64,000 nt of DNA from Vicugna vicugna (Eukaryota). A model generated the notes under the pieces. It made no database searches, was not told the origin of the DNA, and saw only the letters and a program-made list of their open reading frames with translations. The DNA lies in contig MU062470.1 in assembly GCA_013265495.1 (NCBI GenBank), forward strand, positions 1,789,652-1,853,651. Direction: 5' to 3'. Shown here in pieces: positions 23,891 through 36,015 of this stretch. A program made the position numbers and the translations under genes. Position 1 is the first letter of the stretch; each line of letters opens with the position of its first letter.

Positions 23891-26221
23891 TGTGTCTTCT
23901 GTGCCTTCTGAGAAAGACGGCGGTCCCGACGATGGGCGTGTTTCCAGGGGCCGCGATGGTTGAGTCTTAGGCTGATTCTTTGCTCCCGGCCTTTGTCTGT
24001 CACCAGCGAAAGCCCACACTTTGGGCCAGTTTCCCACCTGCCCCGGGTCCACAGTCGGGTGTGTCTGGGAGGCTCTGTCTCGGCCCCACCCTGGCTCTCA
24101 CGCGGGACACACAAGATCCCACGCACGGTTCTGCAGGGGAGAGACCCTTCTGACTTCAGCCCAGCGCCTCCCTCGACACAGGGTCTGGTCCAGCACCAGT
24201 TCCACCGGTGCTCCAGGAACTAGCGTCCCAGCTCCCAACACCGCATGCCAGCACCGCGCGGACCCGCTGATCACTGATGCCCCGTGGCGCGCTCCACTTC
24301 AGGTGACCGGCCCCCAGCTTCACGCGGGAGGGAGGCGCCTTTCCTCGGGCCAGGGCTGCGGTGTGTGGGAACCTGCACCCCTTTAGGAACAGAGGAGGAG
24401 TCATGGCTCTGGCCATGTTCCTCCATCAGGTTCATTTACGCTTCAGCCACCTGAACAGCTGGGGTGCCCCGGCATCAAGCACCCGGTCCCTGCCCTTGGA
24501 GCCCTCCGGGAGGACAGCGCAGCGTGAGAATAAAGTGGGGGAGCTGCTCCTGGGATCCTGTGCGACCAGCCGCCCCTGGGGGTGGCTGGGATACACTTGC
24601 CGGATGAAGCATTCCCGGCAGGGGGAGTGGTTCCCTGGGCCCAAAGGAGGGCCCTCTGGGGAGCCTGGAGCTGGGACCAGATCCAGATGGGGCCCAGGGC
24701 CGAGCGGTGGTCAGAACACACCGAAGAAACGGGGCCTGACCGGGCTGAGGGTCTGAGGGGCGGTCAGCTCAGGAAGTCAGAAGTCCCTCCTGACAACTGG
24801 AGGGTCTTAGCTGCGACGGACTCAGCCTGCTCCTTCCCCAGGCAGCGCTGCACCCATGTCCCCAGTGCCTGTGCAGTCCCCTCTCCTGTGAGACACAGGT
24901 GACACACGGTGTCCCTGGGGGTTAGAGAAGGGGTCCCTGTGGTCCCTCTGATCCTCGCTCAGCCCGGAGGTTCAGAAACTGCTTCTGAGAGCAGCTGAGG
25001 GATTATCAGGCACCTTTCTCATGGATCAGTCTTGCAAGACTGAGGTTAAACCAGATGCGTTTTCCTCCCTTAGTCGAGTCATCTCTCAAACATTACTGAT
25101 CATCTGCCGTGGGCAGGCACTGGGGCTCATAGAACCAGTGCCACGCCTGCCCACGCGGAGCCAGACCGCGGTCTTGGGCTGGAAGCTGTCCCTAGGGAGC
25201 GTGCGGTTCCGGAGGAGCTACGGAGGGAGGCTGGGGGGGAGGTGACACCCTAGCAGAGGCCCCCTCCCAGGGTGCCTGGTGGACCCTTGGGAACCTTGAC
25301 TTTGTTCTTCCTTACGTTGAGTCAGAGCTGCCTCCCAGGGCCTCTACCGCTGGTCCCCGGTTGGTCGGTGAGCCACCTCCGTCCCTGCCTCAGCCCCCGA
25401 CAGGACCCCTCCCCCCAACAGACTCGAGGGTCCTCTGTCACGACCTCGTGATTCTCCCTGAGCAACTGGCAGAGCAGCTGTATTTCCAGAAAATGGTCCT
25501 TTCCGTCAGGAAGAAAAGGGAGTCCTCCAAACTACTGGGATGCTAGTAAGTATGTGGGAGCTCTTTGTCGAGCCCAGCTTGCCCTGGGCGCCGTATCCGG
25601 CTGGATCCAGGTCAAAGCCTGACGTTTCCGGCTCAGAGAGCTGCCCTGGCGACACGGCCTGGGAAGGAGAGCGTGTGAGAGAGGCTCGTCTTCACTGGTC
25701 TCGCATCTGGACACCAGTGCCCACGCCGCGCCGCGCGAAGAAAACGCTCTCAACGGGGCGAGAAAGTTCGCGCTTCCTGAGAAAAGCGCAGCTTCTGGTG
25801 TTAGAGAACCCTGGAAACGTGAACCAGTGGTTCTTCTATGAGACTAGGACCTGGGAAAGCAGTTCCTGACACAGCGTAGGAAAACACAAGCCACCCGAAC
25901 CAGGCACCCTTTCAAACAGTAGGAGCCCGCTGTGCTTAACGCAATAAATCCTTCAGAAAATGCTTATTCCACTCAGACCGCCTCCGCAGCTGAGTGAACT
26001 GTGCCCTGTTCAGCACACGGGGAGCTTCTTAACTCTTCCAGGCGGGTGGTGGCATTTCATTCTACCGGTACCTGGAGATCTCCAGCCAGTATGTAACCTG
26101 TTCGCTATCCAGCTGTCTCCCTCCCATATGTTACATATGTGACTACATATAATGCTTTTCTTCATATTATATATTATATATGGCATTATAAATAACATAC
26201 ATAACATATTTTCTCTCCAAA

Positions 26222-26557
26222 TTATACACTATATATGGCGTTACACGCTATATGATGTGTTACACACTACATACGGCATTACACACTATATACGGAGTTA
26301 CACACTACATACAGTTACACACTACATACGGCGTTACACACTATATACGGAATTACACACTACATACAGTTACACACTACATACGGCGTTACACACTACA
26401 TACGGCGTTACACACTATATACGGCGTTACACACTATATACGGAGTTACACACTACATACAGTTACACACTACATACGGCGTTACACACTATATACGGCG
26501 TTACACACTATATACGGAATTACACACTACATATGGCGTTACACACTATATATGGCA
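26222..26557. repeat. Minisatellite, 18 units (15 x 19 bp + 3 x 17 bp), consensus TTACACACTAYATACGGCG
   Basis: Units counted directly; the 17-bp variant TTACACACTACATACAG occurs at 26298, 26353 and 26446. Confidence 0.95.
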
Positions 26558-27204
26558 TTATATATAACACATTTTCTCTCTCCCTCTCTCCTCTCTGTGT
26601 ACATATCACATCCTCTTTCTCAACAGCTTCAGAAGTTATTAGATCAATAGAACCACTTCACCTTATTTTTAATCCCATTTACTTTATTTTTAATCCATAA
26701 TGGGGAAAAGTTGCTTGCTTGTGATGAGAGGGTGTTTGTCAGGTGGCGAGAGCACAATGGCTTGATAGTGCTTGACATTTTCTACAAGAGAATTTGGGGT
26801 TTTCAAAATACATTGAGTGTCTTTACGTCGTGTTACCAAAAGCCACGGCAAGTACTGGTTTTCCCAGCTTAGCAGAGTATCAGTTCCCCTCTAGTGCTGG
26901 CTTTGATCCTAAAATACAGCTTTGTTCTATGTCTTTATCTACAGTTCAGAAGCCCCTGGGACATCATACAAGATGTGTATCTGAACATTAACATTCTTAC
27001 TTTGAAAATGATACCTGAGTTGCTATAGCAACCAAGCTCCATTAGTTGGTAAACCTTCTCATCTCACTGGGAACCAGGGTGCCACCAAGATCACCCCTTT
27101 ATCAGATCATAAATTATGGACTGCTGGAATCAGAAGAAACTTCAAAGGTCAGGATAATACCCTGTGATGTACGGTGTTCACTCTTTTATCATCTGTGGTC
27201 TAAT

Positions 27205-27300
27205 TTGTCATCACTGTTATTATTCCTGTTTTGCAGATGGAACTGAGATACTGGATCACAGAGCTAGTAGGTGGTGGAGTTGGGTCTGGTGTCTGGTTTC
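27205..27300 (-). mobile_element. MIR SINE
   Basis: ttattattcctgttttgcagatggaactgag...tcacagagctagtaggtggtggag. Confidence 0.7.
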
Positions 27301-27612
27301 TCTGCCGCAGATGACAGTATCTGCCAATTTGCTGAGCACCGATGACGTTCCCAGCACTGTGACGGGCACTTCATACACAGCGTCTTGGGCCAACGCAGCA
27401 GCCCTGGAAAGAGGCACCTTCATTGCTGATTTTGCAAAGGAGATCAGAACCCAAGTCTGCCTGGCTCCAAAGGCTCTTCTCTCCCCTCCTTCACTGCTCT
27501 TTACTTTCAGAAAAAGCGCAGACGTGTCCCTATCACACACACCCAGGCAGCCTGGGGAGGGTGGTTCCGGAGGGTGCGCACGGCTCCCTCGCTGCCTTCC
27601 ACCTGCCAGCGG

Positions 27613-27703
27613 ACAGCATCCCAGTCCCTTCTCTTCTGAGACAGTCACGTGCTTTCTGTCACCCACTGTATAAAACAGTTGTTGTGTGATTGTCCAGTTT
27701 GCT
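27613..27703 (+). repeat. 91-bp dispersed direct repeat, copy 1
   Basis: 86/91 identical to 28853-28943 by manual alignment. Confidence 0.95.
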
Positions 27704-28544
27704 CTTCCCGTCAGTCGAGGCCTGTGCGTCTGTGAGTGAATTCTTCTCCGGGGACAGGTGCCCTCCCAGTTGAGTTCCCAGGAATTGCTCTCAGGGACTC
27801 GGCACTTCTTTTGCTGTAGATGCAACTTGCTTGCCCAGGTTGCCCAAATCAGGCCGCGTTGAGTGAAAGAGGTAGAAAGACTGAAGGAGGTGGCAAAGGA
27901 TTTGTCCCAAAGTGGCTACTTCAGAGATTCTTTGATTGATTTGAGCCTTTGCTGTAGAATTTCTGAAAAACCACATCAGGGATGAACATCCGTGGAGCCC
28001 ACATCCCCGCCGGGAAGGCTGCTCCCTGTAGGTCCCCGCAGCTGAAGCTGCAGCGACACACAGGTAACGCAAAAGCCCACACCCAGCACCGTGTGGGTAA
28101 CAGGTGGGAAGGATCAGGCCGTGGGTACTGCCTGGGGGGCACTGTCCGTCCTCAGACAACTCGGATCAGAGCCCCCTTAGGGGTGGGGCATCGTGACTAT
28201 AAGGACGTGTGACTTTGTGGGTGGTACCGTCTAACGCCAGCGTGTTCCTCGGTTGGCCGATTCTGTGCTTTACCAGATCCTGGGCATAATTACGTGTGAC
28301 TGGCGCTCAGTCACGTGGAAGTTTGGTAGGAGCTGGGCTTAGTCGGACAGTTCACGCCCCAAATTTGGGTCTTCCGGGGAGAACGTGTGGTGCCGGATGT
28401 TCTGTGGCTACAAACAATGAGAACATGAGTGTTCTGGTTCTGAATAACTTGTTTCAGGACACAGGGCATCAAATGAACCCCTGACAGGTTGGATGCAGGG
28501 TCAGGAGGAGAGGGTGGTGGGTTTAAACCCAGAGCTTTGCCACC

Positions 28545-28760
28545 TGTGTTGGTTTCCCAGGGTGGCTGCTGGGAGAGGTTACTACAAACCAGGCAGCGTG
28601 AAAGCTCAGAAATTTATTCTCTCACAGGTCTGGAGGCAGAAGTCCAGGAGCAAGACGTCGACGGGGCCTCACTCCCCCCAGAGGCTCTGTGGCGTCTCCT
28701 CTGGGCGTGTCCAGTTGGTGTTTGGGAGGCCTCCTCTCCGAGGGTGTCTGACCTTCCCTG
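28545..28760 (-). mobile_element. MLT1 (MaLR) LTR fragment
   Basis: ttggtttcccagggtggctg...ttactacaaacc...cagaaatttattctctcacaggtctggaggcagaagtcc is the typical antisense MLT1A-C end. Confidence 0.8.
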
Positions 28761-28852
28761 AGGGCCCGGCCCCTCCCTCCCAGCTCGGCAGAACCAGCAC
28801 ACTGCCCAGCTGCTCCGGTCCACACTCTGACGCGGGCTTCGGGCAGGAGGCT

Positions 28853-28943
28853 ACAGCATCCTGGTCCCTTCTCTTCTGAGACAGTCACGTGCCGTCTGTC
28901 ACCCACTGTATAAAAGAGTTGTTGTGTGATTGTCCAGTTTGCT
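28853..28943 (+). repeat. 91-bp dispersed direct repeat, copy 2
   Basis: 1240 bp from copy 1; 5 mismatches. Confidence 0.95.
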
Positions 28944-29359
28944 TACTGTCGGCACCAGAACACGAGTTGGAAGAGTCACTCCGTCCTGCTGGGAACAGGT
29001 CGAGCGCGTTCACACCCACCTCAGTCGGTGGGGTCAAGTCCACCTTCTTTCATTCGTTCGCTGTTTGTTCTTCCTTTCCTGCCTCCTTTTGGTTACCTTG
29101 AGAAGTAATCTTCAGTGTTGCAACTCCTTAACTGACTGTGAAGTTAACTCTGTTTGCCATGTTTCAGTGGTTGCTGTAGGAACTTTCTCAATTTATCACA
29201 AACTTTAATGCTCTGCCACTTTACACTCGATGCAAGAACCTAATTACAGTTTAATTCCCTTTGTACTCCAGTCCTTTATGCTACATTGGCACACATTTTA
29301 CTTCTACTGACATGTAAATCATACAATAAACACGTTTTTATTATTTTTACATCTTATAG

Positions 29360-30133
29360 GCAACATACTTTAAAAAAAAACTGCATCCTTATATTATCTC
29401 ACAGTTTATGTAGGTCACTTGTCTAGATAGATCTTAACTGGGTGCACCGCTCAGGGTTTCACAAGACTGAAGTGAAGGTGTGGTCTGGAATGCAGTAGTA
29501 CCTGGAAAGGTGACTAAGGATGAATCCTCTTCCAAACGCACTCAGGCTGTCGGCAGAACTCAGTTCCAGGTGGCTAGAGGACAGAGCTCCGTTTTCTCGC
29601 TGGAGAGTGAGCGGCCATGTGGCCATCACCACAGTCTGCTCACAACATGGTGTTTGCTCATTTAAGCCAGCAGGAGGGGAAGGACTAGCCCAGTGCTCAG
29701 CGTGCACAAGGCCCTGGGTTCAAAACCTAGTCCCTGCATTAAAAATGTCAGTAAATAAACAAACCTGATTAACCTCCCCCCGAAAGTGGGGAGACCAGTA
29801 GAAGAATCCCTCTCATTTTGAATCTCTCTGGCTCTGAATTCCTCTCTTCAGGAAGGAGCTTGATCCTCTTTTGAAGGGCTCTGTGATGAAGTCGGGCTCA
29901 GCCAGGGTAATCTCACTTTTGATTAACTCAGAGACAATTTATTAGGGGCCTTAATTACACCTGCAGAATCCCTGCACCTTTGTAATACCAGGTAAGCTGA
30001 TCGAGGAGAGAACTCTCATCGTGTTTCCGAGCCTGCACACACACTCAGGTGGAAGGGGTTATAGAGAGACTGTACCACCATGTACAAGGGGAGGGGCAAT
30101 TTCAGAGTCCATGCTAGAATTCTGCCTATCACA
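29360..30133 (-). mobile_element. MLT1E/F-like LTR, interrupted by a SINE
   Basis: Ends in ctagaattctgcctatcaca (reverse complement TGTGATAGGCAGAATTCT, the MLT1E-type 5' end); the left part begins tattatctcacagttt. Confidence 0.75.
29673..29790 (+). mobile_element. Vic-1-like camelid tRNA-derived SINE
   Basis: ggaggggaaggactagcccagtgctcagcgtgcacaaggccctgggttcaaaacctagtccctgcattaaaaat...aaataaacaaacctgattaacctcccc. Confidence 0.75.
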
Positions 30134-30599
30134 GATTGGTTTTGTGTTTATAAACACCGTACTTTCATATAAATTAAATAACTTCACATTTATACTTGTT
30201 TCAACTCCTGCTTTAAAGCTGTGCAAGGTACTTGGCATACATTTTATCTGGTGTGTGTGTGAGTGATTTCTCCAAAATTAGAGGAAAAAAGGAAAAACCT
30301 GGATGTGTGTTGAGGGGAGGGTTAATGTCCTTTCAGTACCGTAGGAGTCACAGTTCCACCTAAAGGTTATTGACGAGAGCGAACATTTTGACTCATTGTT
30401 TATTATTAAGGTTCCCCAGCAGGATGGTTCTACATGTTAAGTTACAGATTTTCATCTGGTTTAGTTTCAGATAATTGGTAGAAAAGATAACCCAGAAGTT
30501 ACAGTTAATACTCCTGTAAGTCAATAGCCAACTGTGCGTTAATCTAGCAATTTTATGTAGTCCTTGTTACGTTATTTCTACATAGCACCCCAGTTCCTC

Positions 30600-31140
30600 T
30601 TCTATTTCATTTATTTGTTTATTGAAGTCTAGTCAGTTTGCAATGTTGTTAGTCTCCAGCATAAAGAACAGTGACTCTGTGCATATACACATATGTTCTT
30701 TCTCATTATAGGCGATTGCAAGATGTTGAATATAGTTCCCTGTGCTGCACAGCAAGACCTTGTTGTTTGTCTACTTTATATACAGTAGTGTGTCTCTGTT
30801 AATCTCAAAGAACTAATTTATTAAAAATTTGGCATACGTTTGTGTTCTATGTCTGTGAGTCTGTTTCTGGTTTGTAAATAAGTTCATTTGTGTCCTTTTT
30901 TAAGATTTAGACTCTTCCGTGTCTTGGCTGTTGTAAATCGTGCTGCTGTGAACTTTGGGGCTCACATATCTTCTCAAATTAGAGTTTCCTCCGGACACAT
31001 GCCTAGGGGTGGGATTCCTGGATCTTATGGTAAGTCTGTTTTTAGCTTTTTAAGGAATCTCCATACTGTTTTCCACAGTGGCTGCACCAAACTGCATTCC
31101 CACCAGCAGTGTAGGGGTCCCTTTTCTCCACATTGCTGAC
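30600..31140 (-). mobile_element. Younger artiodactyl/camelid L1 3' end
   Basis: attgaagtctagtcag...gatgttgaatatagttccctgtgctgcacag...cttggctgttgtaaatcgtgctgctgtgaac...ttttagctttttaaggaatctccatactgttttccacagtggctgcaccaaactgcattcccaccagcagtg. Confidence 0.9.
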
Positions 31141-32051
31141 GTTTACGACAGACAACACACTTTTAAAGAACTGAAGAAAAATAGTTTTTCTCTACGCACC
31201 TGAAGATTTACCATTTGTGGTGATTCTCACTCTATCTTGCAGATTCTGGTTTAGATCAAGGATTATCCCCTTCAACCTGAAGAACCTCATTTAGCAATTA
31301 ATTCTTCGTTTTCGCTTGTCTGAAAATGCCTTTCTCTTGCCTGCGTTGTCAAAGGAGACGTTGCTGCACACAGACTTCTAGGTGGCATTTTTTTCTCTCT
31401 GAAGACGCTTCCAGTAGTCTTTTCACCTCTGCTCCTTCTGCTCAGATGGCAGCCATCCTTCTCTTGTTGTTCTCCTGAAGGTAGCGTATCTCCTTTTTGC
31501 TTATTAGTCTTTTTTCAAAGATGTTTCTCTTTATTCTTCAAAAGTGTGGCTGAGCGTCGTACTTGCCATGTGTGTGGGTTGCTAACTTCCTGGATCCTTG
31601 GGCTTGTCTTACGTCAGTTTGGGGAAAATGCCATTATCTCCTTAAATACCCTTCAGCCCCATGCTCTCTGTCCATCCCTTCTGGGCTCCAGAGCGTACGT
31701 GAGACGGACCATCTGCCGTCCCTCCACAGGGCTTCTCCCCTTTGTGGTTCAGAAAGTGGATGCTTTCTGCTGCCTTGTTTTCAAGTTCGCGACCCCCTTC
31801 TCAGCTCTGTCGTCTGCGGCAGCCCGGCTGCTGCGTCGTTAACCTCAACGCTGTATCTATCTCTCTGCCCACTTCTTTCCATCTTTCTTCAAGCCCTTGA
31901 ACGTATTTATAATAGCTGGTCAACAAATCACTCATCTGCTGAATTCGAACTGTAAGTCACCTACAGGAGCAGTTCTATTATCTTGATTATGGGCCACATT
32001 TTCTGGTTTATTTTGCTTGTCTAGTGCCGTTTTAAAAATTACTTTTCGTTG

Positions 32052-32165
32052 AGGGTGGGTGGAACCAGCTCAGCGGTGGAGCAATGCTCAGCATGCATGA
32101 GGTTCTGGGCTCAATCCCCAGTGCCTCTATTTAAAAAAAAAAAAAGAACAAGAGAAAAACCCCAG
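32052..32165 (+). mobile_element. Vic-1-like camelid tRNA-derived SINE
   Basis: A-box-like agctcagcggtggagc, B-box-like gggctcaatcccc, and a poly(A) tail. Confidence 0.85.
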
Positions 32166-32849
32166 GATAAAAAACTAATGCAACAGCAGGAAACAAGTTT
32201 CAGAAGTTATTATTGTTTTAAGAATTGCGAGTGATACGCTGTAGCGGCTTTGAATCACGTCATCATCCTCTAGACGAGTTGCGTTTTGTTCAAGAAGGCC
32301 CTTAAGCTACCGGACACCTGTGTCCTGTGAGTTTTGTTGTTGGCCCTGTCCCGGCCACAGACTTCAGTCTTCCTCCCGAGCTGCGGTCTGTCCGGTCTTT
32401 CAGGAAAAGCCCGTTGGGTTCCCTGAGCCCTGACTCGCCAGCCTGCTGGGACTTGACCTGGACTGACCGCGTCACTGCTTCCCGCTGGGCTCCCGGCATC
32501 TCCCTCCACCCCTGCCACGTGCTCCGGGTCTGCATCACCGAGGATGAGTGGCTGGGGTCACGCTGCTTCTGTGGCTCTCCCTCTACTCGTCCTGCTTCCT
32601 GGGACGTCCCTCTTTCGCCTCCAGAGGCTGCGGCAGCGCCGAGCCTTCGCCTCCGTCTTCAGCCCACTATGGCCTTGTTCTGCCCGACCCCTCTGTTGCT
32701 CTGCATTTGGCCCTGGACGGCGGCCCCAGGGAAGGGGTGGTGAGGGAGGGGCTGCCCCTGTCCCGCACCCGCAAACTGCTGGTGGTGCTGCTCTGACCCA
32801 TTTGTCTTGTTATTAGGATGGTTAGTGCAGGACGAGCTCCCCTCCCACG

Positions 32850-32995
32850 ACTGGGATCAGAACCCACCAGGGGAGCTTTGAAAAAATCAGGGTGTTGGGT
32901 CTACACCCCAGACCACCTAGATCGGAATTTCTGGGTGTGGAACCCAAGCATCGGGGATTTCTCGGTGGCCACGGTTACTGGAAACGTTTACTGAG
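32850..32995. mobile_element. MER5-like DNA transposon fossil
   Basis: atcagaacccaccaggggagctttgaaaaaatcag...ccccagaccacctagatcggaatttctgggtgtggaacccaagcatc. Confidence 0.6.
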
Positions 32996-33034
32996 ACCTC
33001 GTATCAGCTCTTTTCATTAATTATTCTTGGTTCT

Positions 33035-33130
33035 GTGGCAGCCGTGTTATTTTCATACGGGGAACCAAGGGTTAGGTAAGCCAACGTTCCAAGGTCACGC
33101 GGGACGGGCCGAAGCCAGGTCGCCCAGGAG
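33035..33130 (-). mobile_element. MIR SINE
   Basis: ttattttcatacggggaaccaagggttaggtaa...ccaaggtcacgcgg. Confidence 0.55.
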
Positions 33131-34789
33131 GGGCCGGCCTGACCACAGACCTGCAGGGCAGCAGCGCGCTTCCCTGCGGAGCTCGGGGAGGACGGCTTGG
33201 AGGGGGCGCCGCACGTTTGACTCTGAGTGAACAGTGCTCTGTCGTGTCGCCGTAATTACTTTGGAATTTCCCCTATTGTCGGATAGTTAGGGTGCTGTCA
33301 GCTTTTTAACTATGATAAATTACGCTGCGTAAAATATTCTGTACCTAATGCTGAGTAAGGCTCGAGCTGTTGACTGAGAGCAAGTCGTTAGAAGAGGAAC
33401 TAGGTTGTAAGAAGACAGCAATGTTGGAAAATCTTGGTGCCCATTGACAACACCCCTCGGTGTCCGTGATGTGGGGCACCAGAGCTGTGGGTAGATTTCT
33501 CACTGGGAAATAATTAGGGGGCTGTTTTTATTTTAAGCCAGCCTTCTGGGCTCGGAAGTTTGACTTCTAGTACGTCCTTCTTTTGGTGACGTTACATCTA
33601 CCGAGTCTCACATCTGTCCATCGGAACGCGCGTGGGCTCCCGGAAGGACAGCGACAGCGCGAGGACAGTGGAGGGGGTGCCCGTGTCCACGGCAAGCACA
33701 CCTGTCCTGCAGTCAGGTGGGCGCGGCCCCGCCAGCTGCCTTACGCCTCCTGCGAGTTTCCCTGCCACGGTGACCTTTCCTTAATCGCCTTTCCAGAATT
33801 CATGGCCATGTTTATCCTAGGAGTGATTTGTGATGGTTGATGAGGTAATAAGATGAGATTAAAAAAAACCCACGTTGCACCCTCCTTGTTTCGTGGTGAA
33901 AGAGCAGGAGAGCAGGGCAGGTGCACTCAGGTCCATGAGACCAGGGCGTGATCGGCAGAGCCGACTGGTACTCTCGGTCCCTCCTCTGTCACAAGTAGGT
34001 TGATGACAGAGCAGTAACACGGCATCTGTAGGTATTTTCAAAGCACTGCTAAGTAGAAAGTATGATGTAAATCGAGGCAAAACTTTCACCACACACAGCT
34101 CTGCAGTGCAGCGTCCTGAGCGTTCCTCCTGGTTTTCCTTCTCCAAGGGCCCTCTTCTGGAGCTGGGACCCAGACTCAGCAGGTCCTCCGAGGCAGAGCA
34201 GCGCTGCGCGGAGGAGTTACAGCCAGGCCTCCAGGTGCCTCTCGGGTTACGTCCGGACTCTGCTGAAAAATCAGAGCATCTCCCTGACTCCCAGGAGGAA
34301 CAGACACTGCAACCGGGTAAAAATGGGTCCTGGTCAGCGTGCTTTCATGGTGGTCGCCAAACTCAGAACCAGTTCCCGTCACATCTATGTGAAAAGCTGC
34401 CAGCGTGGAAGGGGTGGAGGTTCCCCAGACGACTGAGCCTGAAGGCAACTCTGTGGTTTCCCCAGCTTCATGGAAGCAGGGTCCACATGCAGTAAAGTGC
34501 ACATTGATGTCTGGAGCTGTGGGTCTTGACAAGTGTGTGCACCTTGTACCTGCTGCCCCAGCTGAGACTTAGAATGTCCTCCCGTGACACAGAGGTCCCT
34601 GTGCCCTGCTGTTCTCCTCTAAACCACCCCGAGCCCAGCCCCAGGCGACCACGCGCTGGCTTCCGCCCCGAGATTGGCTCCTGGCTCTGGGCTCCAGGGA
34701 AGTCCAGGCAGACAGAGGCCTCGTGTGTCTGGCTCCATCCTCCCGGGACAGGCCTTCGAGGGTCGTCCTGCGGTGTGTGTGTCCAGCGT

Positions 34790-35300
34790 TCCTTCTCTCC
34801 ATCGTGGCTTCCGTCCTCTGGCCACACCACTGCTCATCCATTCCCCTGTCAGTGGGCACCTGCTCGTCCATCAACAGCAACAAAAAGGACTTCTTCTCCC
34901 CCCAGGGTTTGACTTTGATGAATAAAGCTCCCATGCACGTTTGTGTGTGTCCTTCTGTGACAGTGTTGTTGTCTAGAAGTAGAATTGGTGAATCACGTGG
35001 TGAGTCTGCTCACCTTTACAAGGAGTGGCCGGTGTGTTTCGCGGGGCGGCTGCTCCAGCTCACGTCCCTTCCAGCAGCTCCACGTCCCCGCCGGTGCTTG
35101 ATGTCCCAGCCCGTTCCAGCGGGTGTGAAGGCACCTTGACGGGTTTCACTTGAACTTCTCTGGTGGCACTGCAGACAATGTGTCCGTGTCCTCTTCGGCA
35201 ACACTTGCATCTCCTGTGAAGTTCTGCTCCGGTCATTCGTCCTGTTTTTATGGATGGTTTGTTATCATGCATTTGTACAAGTTCCTTACATACTTTTTTT
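34790..35300 (-). mobile_element. Old L1 (L1MB/MC/ME) 3' region
   Basis: ctcatccattcccctgtcagtgggcacc...atgaataaagctcccatgcacgtttgtgt...tagaagtagaattggtgaatcacgtgg. Confidence 0.75.
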
Positions 35301-35319
35301 TAATAGCAAAACTCATTTT

Positions 35320-35590
35320 TTAAAACTGAAGTACAGTCGGTGACAGTGTGTCAGTTTCTGGCGTACAGCATGTTTCAGTCATACATGTGCATGCACACAT
35401 TCGTTCTCATATTCTTTTTCATAAAAGGTTATTAGAAGATGTTGAATATAGTTCCCTGCGCTGTGCAGAAGGACCTTGTTGCTTACCTGTTTTATATGTA
35501 GCAGCGTGTGTCTGCAGATCTCGAGCCCCAGTCTGTCCCTTCCCACCCCTTCGCCTGGTGACCATGAGTGTTTCCACGTCTGTGAGCCCT
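35320..35590 (-). mobile_element. Artiodactyl/camelid L1 3' end
   Basis: aaactgaagtacagtcg...agtttctggcgtacagca...gatgttgaatatagttccctgcgctgtgcag. Confidence 0.85.
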
Positions 35591-35864
35591 TCTCTGCTCT
35601 GTGAGTGGGTCCCTTGCGTGTCTGGACAGGAGCCTTTGGACGACCACGTGTGCTGCAGACACCGTCTCCCGCCTGCGGCGAGCTCCCTCCTCCCCTAATG
35701 CTCCCGGGAAGGCTCCCCGCACATGCACTCGCCGAAGCTCGTCGACTGTGGCAACTGCGGCGCTCCCAGGAGGTGCTGTTCTTTCTACGAAGACACACGG
35801 TTCAGGAGATCATGGCCTTCCCTCCATCACCCTTTGTCACTTAGAAGGAGTCACTGGGCAAGGG

Positions 35865-36015
35865 TCCCACCGTACAGCACAGGGGACTATGGTCAATATC
35901 TTCTTGTAACCTGCTATGAAAGCGTGTGTGTGTGTGTGTATGTGTGTGTACACATATATGTATACAACTGAATCACTATGCTGTACACCAGAAACTAACA
36001 CAACACTGTAAATCC
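35865..36015 (+). mobile_element. Artiodactyl/camelid L1 3' end (sense) with TG microsatellite
   Basis: cagcacaggggactatggtcaatatct...aactgaatcactatgctgtacaccagaaactaacacaacactgtaaatc. Confidence 0.85.

Larger units (their letters stand above)
28960..32700 (-). mobile_element. Fragmented old L1 (L1MC/MD-like) carrying nested younger insertions
   Basis: Antisense L1 ORF1/5' signatures (tgaaaatgcctttctcttgcc, gtcagtttggggaaaatgccattatctccttaaatac) at ~28960-29350, ~30140-30600, ~31150-32040 and ~32210-32700. Confidence 0.6.

Noticed and set aside
26222-26557. CRISPR-like array
   Set aside because: Units are contiguous with no unique spacers; mammalian context with no cas genes.
26152-26700. 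182-aa and 132-aa ORFs with repeated YTLHT motifs
   Set aside because: They are translations of the stop-free minisatellite.
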